DNA from: Nitrospinota bacterium
GTDB taxonomy: Bacteria > UBA8248
Reading direction: 5' to 3'
DNA: 64,000 nucleotides
Assembly: GCA_030754595.1 (NCBI GenBank)
Contig: JASLZZ010000077.1
Coordinates: forward strand, 33,701 to 97,700
Part shown: positions 57,936 through 64,000 of the stretch, piece by piece
How the letters are laid out: every line of letters begins with the position of its first letter
How positions within the stretch are numbered: the first letter of the stretch is position 1
Made by a program: the position numbers and the translations under genes
The notes under the pieces: generated by a model
What the model saw: the letters and a program-made list of their open reading frames with translations, nothing else
Database searches by the model: none
What the model was told of the DNA's origin: nothing

Positions 57936-59134
57936 ATCGTGAATCGATTGATATCGCATGGCAAGAAGAACTGGCCGCGCCGGATCGCCCGCTCTCCGTT
58001 TTGCAGATTCTCACCTGCCGAGGTTGGAGTTCGGACGCTTGGGCGGCGGTGGGCTTGAGTATCGGGCTTCAGGAAGCAGGCCACCAGGTTCTGCTGCTCT
58101 GCCGGGAAGTGGAGGGCGGCCGCGCCGTCGCCGAGCGGGCACGGAGCGAGGGTGTCGATGAGATCGGATTTATCGAGGCCAGCAACAATTTCCGCCCGGC
58201 GAGCTACTTTAGGGACATTGGATTTCTGAGAGCTCTCGCCCGTGAACGCTCCTTGGACGCGGTGCATGTTCACCGGGGGATCGAGCACTGGATTGCGGCT
58301 GTCGCATGGCCGATGGGGGGGCCAGTCCTGGTGAGAAGCCGCCATATATTCGCTCCCGTCCGCCGCCACGTTTTTAATCGCTGGCTATACCGGCGCGGGA
58401 CGGATCGCACGGTGGCGGTTTGCGACAAAATCAAGTCGGCCTACCTTGAAGATGTCGGTTTTCCTCCGGAGCGGTTCGCTACGGTAATGGGCGGAGTGGA
58501 CGCCGCCGCCTATACGCCGGAAGAGAATGGGGCCGTTTTTCGAAAGGAGTGGGGAATTCCTCCGGATGCATGGGTGGTCGGGGTGGCGGGAAGCCTTCGG
58601 ATGTGGATGAAAGGCCAGGACGTTCTCTTGAGGGCGGTGGCGCGGATGTCCGCCGAGGGTGGTGACGCCCCCTGGGTCCTCCTTCTCGGAAAGGGAGAGG
58701 ACATGGATAATCTCAAATCCCTTGCTTGGGAATTGGGGGTCGCGGATCGTACGGTGGTTACAGGTTATCTCGAGGGCCTCTCGGAAGCCTTTTCGGCCTG
58801 TGATGTCCTTGTGTTTCCTTCGATGCGCTCCGAGGGAACGAGCCGGGTTCTTTTCGACTGTCTAGCCGCCGGACGCGCGGTCGTGGCGAGTCGGGTGGGG
58901 TGCACGGACGAGATCGTCCGGGAGGGCCGGGAGGGTATCCTCGTTCCGCCGGGCGACGACGAGGCGCTGGCGGCATCGCTGTCGGCGTTGCGCGCCGACC
59001 CGGCAAAAGCGCGGCGGATGGGCGAAATGGCCCGGCGGCGGGCCGAGGAAGAGTTCGATCGCCGGGTGGTGGCGGCCAACATGGCGGCGATCTACCGCCA
59101 AGCGCTACGGGACCGGGGGGTGATGGCAGCGTGA
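57932..59134 (+). CDS. Family 4 (GT-B) glycosyltransferase
   Basis: C-terminal SEGTSRVLFDCLAAGRAVVAS motif. ATGA overlap with msbA. Confidence 0.78.
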   Translation: MNRESIDIAWQEELAAPDRPLSVLQILTCRGWSSDAWAAVGLSIGLQEAGHQVLLLCREVEGGRAVAERARSEGVDEIGFIEASNNFRPASYFRDIGFLRALARERSLDAVHVHRGIEHWIAAVAWPMGGPVLVRSRHIFAPVRRHVFNRWLYRRGTDRTVAVCDKIKSAYLEDVGFPPERFATVMGGVDAAAYTPEENGAVFRKEWGIPPDAWVVGVAGSLRMWMKGQDVLLRAVARMSAEGGDAPWVLLLGKGEDMDNLKSLAWELGVADRTVVTGYLEGLSEAFSACDVLVFPSMRSEGTSRVLFDCLAAGRAVVASRVGCTDEIVREGREGILVPPGDDEALAASLSALRADPAKARRMGEMARRRAEEEFDRRVVAANMAAIYRQALRDRGVMAA

Positions 59135-60942
59135 AATCCGGCGCCGATGGACCCGTATATATCCTGGGAATCAGCGACTCCCACCTGGCGACGGCCTGCC
59201 TTCTCAAGGACGGAGAAGTTGTGGGGTGTGTAAGCGAGGAGCGCTTCACGCGGGTGAAGAATCAGAGCGCCTACCCCGGGCGTTCCGTCGAGTTTCTTCT
59301 TGACCATGAAAAGATTCAGGGCGCCGACCTGTCCGCGGTAGCGCTGGCGGGCCACGAAGCGATGAATCCCGAGTGGTTTGAGCGGGTGACGCGGGACGAT
59401 GGGTATATAGACGAATACCTGGGAATCAAGAAAAAAAGCCCGATCCGCCGCAAGGCCCGGCGCATGGGACAGAAGTTAAATATCTCGGGTGAGGCCGGGG
59501 GCAAGACGCTAACGCCCAACGAAGAGCGATTCCAGAAAATCGCCGATCATTTGGGAATCGCTAAAAATAACATTTACATTATCGAGCACCATACTGCGCA
59601 CGCGGCCGCGGCCTACTATGCCTCGCCGTTTGCCGGCGGCGACATGGAAACGACGGCGGTTCTGACCAATGACGCTTCGGGCGATGGTCTTTGCGCCACC
59701 TGGAACACCGCGGGCCCGAAAGGAATCGACAGAATAGCCGCTTCTCCGAGCGCGGCGGGATCGCTGGGTAGTTTTTATAGCCTTATCACTCAGTATCTGG
59801 GGATGCGCCAGCTCGAGCATGAATACAAGGTAATGGGTCTTGCTCCCTATGCTCCGGATTATGGCAAGGAAAAATCATATGCCATACTCAGGGAAATGAT
59901 CGCATTCGAGCGCAAGAACAGGGAGGCGCCCGAGTTCAGGTGGAAGGTCCGCCGGGAACGCTTTCGCCATTTGATGGAGAATCTGGTTCGCCACCGCTTC
60001 GATTGGGTGGCCGGCGCCGCGCAGGATTTGTTCGAGGAACTGCTTCTCGAGTGGGTCCGGGCGGGAATCGAGGCCACGAGCGGGGGTGGGGGCGAGCGCC
60101 GTGTGGCGCTGAGCGGCGGGGTATTCATGAACGTCAAGGCGAACCAGAAATTGTCGGTTCTCGACGAAATCGATAAAATTTTTGTCTTGCCGAGTTGTGG
60201 GGACGAATCAAACGCTATCGGCGCGGCCTACTGGTTTCATGCCGAAGGCGATGGAGGCGGGCGAAAGCGCTCTTGCGTCCCTTTGAAGGCGCTCTATCTG
60301 GGGCGGGGAACCTCCGAGGAGGGTGTCACCCGGGCCATTGAGGAGACGGGCGTGGGCGGGTCGTATTCCGTTCGCCGCTTCGATGATATCGAGGCCGAGG
60401 TGGCCCGGCTCCTTTCGATCGGAGAGGTGGTGGCCCGGGTGAAGGGCCGCGAGGAGTTCGGTGCGCGCGCTTTGGGCAACCGCTCGATTCTGGCCAACCC
60501 GAAGGATTTTCGCGTCGTCTCCCATATCAACAAAATGATCAAAAGCCGCGATTTCTGGATGCCATTCGCCCCCTCAATCCTCGATCGGAGGGTGGGTGAT
60601 TATGTGGAAAATCCCAAAGGGCTGTTCTCGCCCTACATGATGCTGACATTCGACAGCACACCGCTCGGGCGCGAGGAGCTCTCGGCGGCGTGTCATCCCT
60701 ATGACGGTACGCTCCGGCCCCAAATGGTCGAAAACTCCTATAATCCCGACTATTACCGGCTGATTGAGGCTTTCGAGGGGCTAACCGGGATAGGAGGCGT
60801 TCTGAATACATCCTACAACCTCCACGGGGAGCCGATCATCTCAAGCCCCGAGGACGCGATCCACACCTTTGAAAACTCGGGGATGGTGCATTTGGCCCTC
60901 GGTCAGCATCTGATCTCGAAAAAGCCAACAGCAAGCCGGTAG
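59131..60942 (+). CDS. NodU/CmcH-family carbamoyltransferase
   Basis: ILGISDSHLATACLLKDGEVVGCVSEERFTRVKN N-terminus, HHTAHAAAAYYASPF, and C-terminal LNTSYNLHGEPI. GTG 59131 overlaps the upstream stop (GTGA). Confidence 0.82.
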   Translation: MKSGADGPVYILGISDSHLATACLLKDGEVVGCVSEERFTRVKNQSAYPGRSVEFLLDHEKIQGADLSAVALAGHEAMNPEWFERVTRDDGYIDEYLGIKKKSPIRRKARRMGQKLNISGEAGGKTLTPNEERFQKIADHLGIAKNNIYIIEHHTAHAAAAYYASPFAGGDMETTAVLTNDASGDGLCATWNTAGPKGIDRIAASPSAAGSLGSFYSLITQYLGMRQLEHEYKVMGLAPYAPDYGKEKSYAILREMIAFERKNREAPEFRWKVRRERFRHLMENLVRHRFDWVAGAAQDLFEELLLEWVRAGIEATSGGGGERRVALSGGVFMNVKANQKLSVLDEIDKIFVLPSCGDESNAIGAAYWFHAEGDGGGRKRSCVPLKALYLGRGTSEEGVTRAIEETGVGGSYSVRRFDDIEAEVARLLSIGEVVARVKGREEFGARALGNRSILANPKDFRVVSHINKMIKSRDFWMPFAPSILDRRVGDYVENPKGLFSPYMMLTFDSTPLGREELSAACHPYDGTLRPQMVENSYNPDYYRLIEAFEGLTGIGGVLNTSYNLHGEPIISSPEDAIHTFENSGMVHLALGQHLISKKPTASR

Positions 60943-60974
60943 GCCCGCTCTTGTCCAATGAAACCGGAGCGCCC

Positions 60975-62153
60975 ATGAAAATCGCTCTCATTCGGTCGGC
61001 GGTTCACCGCAATGGCGGAGTGGAGCGCTATGTCTGGATGTTGGCGCGAGAGTTGGCCCGGAGAGGCCACGATGTTCACATCATCGCCCGCCGCTGCCCG
61101 GAGCTTCCCCACCCTTCGGTGACTTTCCATCAGGTCAATGTGCGGGGGCCACTATCGTTCCTGAAAGTTCTCTCCTTCGCGTCGATGGCTTCCGTGGCGG
61201 TGGAGGTCGGGGGCTTCGACGTGGTGCATTCCTGCGACCGGATACTCTCCTGCGACATTTACCGCGCGGGTGAGGGGGTCCACCGGGAGTGGCTCGAGGT
61301 TTCATCCCGGTATATGGCGAGTTGGAGATCGGTCCTGAAGCGTCTCGATCCGCTGCACAGGGTTCTCCTGCGGTTGGAGACCCGGCTCATGGGGGGCGAC
61401 GGGGCCCGAAGGGTAACGGCAATCAGCCGAAGGGGGTCCGAGGAGATTCGGCGCCACTTCGGTTTGGAGGACGTGCCCGTAATCTATAATGGCGTGGATC
61501 TCGATGAGTTTCGCCCGGCTAGCGGAGACGAGCGGGAAACTGTTCGCGACGAACTCGGTGTGCCGCGAGGCGCTTTCGCCATTCTTTATGTCGGTAGCGG
61601 TTTTTTCAGAAAAGGTCTCAGATACTTGATCGAAGCGTTCGCCCGGTTGGAAAATCGCGCCGGAAGGGCGCCATGGCTCATCGTGGCCGGACGAGGAAAC
61701 ACTCGGCTTTATATGCGGATGGCCCGCTCCCTCGGCGTATCGGATAGGGTGCGTTTTTGCGGAGTCGATGTTCCTCCGCAGCGGCTTTACCGGGGGGCGG
61801 ATGTATTTGTCTTTCCGACGCTCTACGAGCCGTTCGGCAATGTGTGCCTTGAGGCGCTGGCGAGCGGTCTTCCCTGCGTTTTCTCCCCTTACAGCGGCGG
61901 GGCGGAGATTGTGGAGGACGGGGAGAGCGGTCTTGTGATGAAGAGTCCGGCCGACACGGGTGAGGCGGCCCGCCTCATCCGAATTTGCATGGACGAGGCG
62001 AGGGCGGCCCGGATGGGCGCCGCCGCCCGCGAGGTTGCCGCCAGGTTCACTGTCGAGGCCAATGCCGACCAGACCGAGACCCTTTACCGGGAAGTGGCCG
62101 CCGAAAAGAGCCGGGAGGAAAGTGGCGCCTCCTCGGAAGCCGCCGCGCCGTGA
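60975..62153 (+). CDS. Family 4 (GT-B) glycosyltransferase (WaaG-like)
   Basis: MKIALIRSAVHRNGGVERYV N-terminus and YEPFGNVCLEALASGLPCV motif. The start could instead be TTG 60951. Confidence 0.78.
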   Translation: MKIALIRSAVHRNGGVERYVWMLARELARRGHDVHIIARRCPELPHPSVTFHQVNVRGPLSFLKVLSFASMASVAVEVGGFDVVHSCDRILSCDIYRAGEGVHREWLEVSSRYMASWRSVLKRLDPLHRVLLRLETRLMGGDGARRVTAISRRGSEEIRRHFGLEDVPVIYNGVDLDEFRPASGDERETVRDELGVPRGAFAILYVGSGFFRKGLRYLIEAFARLENRAGRAPWLIVAGRGNTRLYMRMARSLGVSDRVRFCGVDVPPQRLYRGADVFVFPTLYEPFGNVCLEALASGLPCVFSPYSGGAEIVEDGESGLVMKSPADTGEAARLIRICMDEARAARMGAAAREVAARFTVEANADQTETLYREVAAEKSREESGASSEAAAP

Positions 62154-63271
62154 ACCTGCTCGTATGCGCTTCGGCATATCCGCCCTCGGTGGGCGGTGTG
62201 CAGACTCTTTCCGTGCGTCTTGCGGGCGCTCTGGCCGAGAGAGGGAACCTGGTGCGGGTGCTGGCCAGGGGGCGTGAGGGCGAGCCTGTATATGAAAACG
62301 AGCGGATTCCCGCCGAAGTTCACCGGGTGGGCTGGAAGCCGCTTCTATGGCCTAAATTCATGGGCGAGGTTTTCGGGAGCCGCCCGGAGGCGATCCTGTT
62401 GACCCACCGGGCCGATTTTCTGAGGCCCGCTCTGGCGGCGCAAAAACTGGGGACGCCCTTCGCGGTCATCGTTCATGGGAACGAGGTGTATGGGTCTCGC
62501 CGCCGGGGAGAGTTGATTGAGGCGCTATCGCGGGCGGACGCTGTCATAGCGGTAAGTCAGTATGCTCTGGGGCGGTTGAAAGAACTCGGGCTCCGGGCGA
62601 AAAAAATGGAGGCGATAACGAACGGAGTGTCTCCGGATATTTTTGGCCCGCCCGAAGATGGCGAGATTGTTCGCCGCCGTTTCGGACTGGAGGAAAAGAA
62701 GATTATCCTCTCGGTGGGCCGGCTTCAGGCGGTCAAGGGTTTCGACACTGTGATAGGGGCGCTTCCCCGAATCGTCGATAAAGTGCCCGAGGCCGTTTGC
62801 CTGATCGTTGGCGGGGGTCCCGAAGCGGTTCCGTTGTGGGCGCTGGCCCGGGAGTTGAATATGGAGGAAAGGGTGATATTTGCCGGAGAGGTGCCCATCG
62901 GCGGGTTGGGTCGCGGGGACCACGCTTACTATCAGGCCTGCGATGTATTCGCGATGCCTTCGCGCGAAGATCCCGCCACCGGCCAAGCCGAGGCTTTCGG
63001 GATCGCTCATATAGAAGCGGGCGCTTGCGGGAAGCCTGTTGTGGGAGGAAAGAGCGGCGGCTCCGCCGAGGCGGTGGCCGATGGAAAGTCGGGGATGCTG
63101 GTGAATCCGGAGCGGCCAGATGAGGTGGCCGACTCGATCATACGCATCCTGACCACGCCCGCACTGGCGCTATCGATGGGCGAGGAGGGCCGGCGGCGCG
63201 CCGACGAGAGGCGATGGAGTGTCGTGGCCGGAGAGTATGAGGCTGTCCTGCGTGAGGTGGCTTATGGCTAG
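62150..63271 (+). CDS. Family 4 (GT-B) glycosyltransferase
   Basis: VNLLVCASAYPPSVGGVQ N-terminus and EAFGIAHIEAGACGKPVVGG motif. GTGA overlap with the upstream gene. Confidence 0.78.
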   Translation: MNLLVCASAYPPSVGGVQTLSVRLAGALAERGNLVRVLARGREGEPVYENERIPAEVHRVGWKPLLWPKFMGEVFGSRPEAILLTHRADFLRPALAAQKLGTPFAVIVHGNEVYGSRRRGELIEALSRADAVIAVSQYALGRLKELGLRAKKMEAITNGVSPDIFGPPEDGEIVRRRFGLEEKKIILSVGRLQAVKGFDTVIGALPRIVDKVPEAVCLIVGGGPEAVPLWALARELNMEERVIFAGEVPIGGLGRGDHAYYQACDVFAMPSREDPATGQAEAFGIAHIEAGACGKPVVGGKSGGSAEAVADGKSGMLVNPERPDEVADSIIRILTTPALALSMGEEGRRRADERRWSVVAGEYEAVLREVAYG

Positions 63272-63797
63272 AATTCTCGATGTGGGCTGCGGCTGGAAAA
63301 AAGTTGAAAGCGCCGTGAGCGTGGATATCCGGCTCCAGACGAAGCCGAAAGTATGCTGCGATATGGACGTGGACGGGAAAGCGCTCCGGTTCCCGTTCCG
63401 CGACAATTCGTTCGATGAGGTGTATATCCTCCAGACAATCGATCATTTCAAAAACATCGTTCCGGTAATGGAAGAGGTCCACAGAGTCTCCAGGCCGGGC
63501 GCGAAGGTGATTATCACGGTCGCGCACGTTTCGAGTGTTTATTCATGGAGCGATCCGGTTCACCATCTACATTTAACGAGCCGTTCCTTTCAGTGCTTCA
63601 CTGATCACCCCACCAAGGGAGCCACTTATACGGATGTTCTTTTCCGCCCAAAAGAGTTTCACTTCATTTTCAGCCGTTCGGTAATCTCTCTCATCCCGCG
63701 GGCGCTTTGTATGTTCTCGCCCAGGATTTACGAAAAGCATTTCTCCTGGATTTTCCCGGCCAACGACATGCATTTCGAATTCGAGGTTTTGAAGTGA
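63264..63797 (+). CDS. Class I SAM-dependent methyltransferase
   Basis: ILDVGCG motif I. Motif II and post-II regions: FRDNSFDEVYILQTIDHF, then RVSRPGAKVII. Confidence 0.75.
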   Translation: MARILDVGCGWKKVESAVSVDIRLQTKPKVCCDMDVDGKALRFPFRDNSFDEVYILQTIDHFKNIVPVMEEVHRVSRPGAKVIITVAHVSSVYSWSDPVHHLHLTSRSFQCFTDHPTKGATYTDVLFRPKEFHFIFSRSVISLIPRALCMFSPRIYEKHFSWIFPANDMHFEFEVLK

Positions 63798-64000
63798 CCG
63801 CGGGCCTCGCCCTTAGGGAGTTTGCCGAGGGGATCAAGGGGCGGCCGCCCTTGAGCCGCCTGTCGATGGTTTGCTTGATCGGATACTTGTTCTCGGCTCC
63901 TTTCTCCATATCGATTTCACAAATTTTTGTGTTCACAGGCATCGCCTCCTGGCTCGTATCCCTGAGATTGGAAGGCGGGCCGTCCGGATTTCAGCTCCCG
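63794..64000 (+). CDS. Membrane protein, 5' fragment; possibly O-antigen ligase/polymerase family (3' end outside window)
   Basis: GTGA overlap with the methyltransferase gene. Hydrophobic segments: LSMVCLIGYLFSAPFSISISQIFVFTGIASWLV. The family call rests on context only. Confidence 0.4.
   Translation, partial: MTAGLALREFAEGIKGRPPLSRLSMVCLIGYLFSAPFSISISQIFVFTGIASWLVSLRLEGGPSGFQLP

Overview
This 64-kb window is a chromosomal segment of a high-GC diderm (LPS-producing) bacterium, and it is almost entirely housekeeping. I did not recognise a clear, intact multi-gene system of a new kind.

Gene content, left to right:
- An M23 peptidase 3' end, a gamma-CA-like protein and Ppx/GppA.
- A yceD-rpmF-plsX-fabH-fabD-acpP-fabF-rnc lipid/ribosome cluster that lacks fabG.
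- smc and ftsY.
- A YbaK-like deacylase gene bracketed by short repeats.
- A roughly 3-kb low-GC accessory islet at about 14.6-17.6 kb. It holds a small membrane protein, a decayed NucS/DUF91-like nuclease gene and a wHTH-MNT/HEPN toxin-antitoxin pair.
- PBP1A, an HNH protein, uvrB, uvrC, lnt, prfB (with the classical +1 frameshift), lysS, lolC/E-lolD and clpC.
- A long envelope block: bamA-skp-lpxD-fabZ-lpxA-(Gfo/Idh/MocA)-lpxI-lpxB-DUF374-waaA-lpxK, then convergent lptF/lptG.
- A roughly 16-kb tightly coupled LPS-core operon: waaF, gmhB, split hldA/hldC, waaC, epimerase, Trm112-like, GT2, several GT4, msbA, carbamoyltransferase, methyltransferase and an O-antigen-ligase-like 5' end.

I saw no rRNA genes, tRNA genes or CRISPR arrays.

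The observations I consider most worth a second look are:
- A 109-bp TA-flanked MITE present twice (108/109 identical, opposite orientations), one copy sitting exactly in the acpP stop codon.
- The low-GC islet, with its pseudogenised nuclease (two in-frame TAG codons plus a frameshift) and an overlapping MNT/HEPN pair.
- A dense array of AGCACT/GTAGC-type short repeats around the YbaK-like gene.
- rnc, which has no canonical start codon downstream of fabF.
- An apparent high-GC3 compositional tract whose edges fall inside ftsY and lolC.

All functional calls come from reading motifs by eye in the supplied translations. No database search was run.
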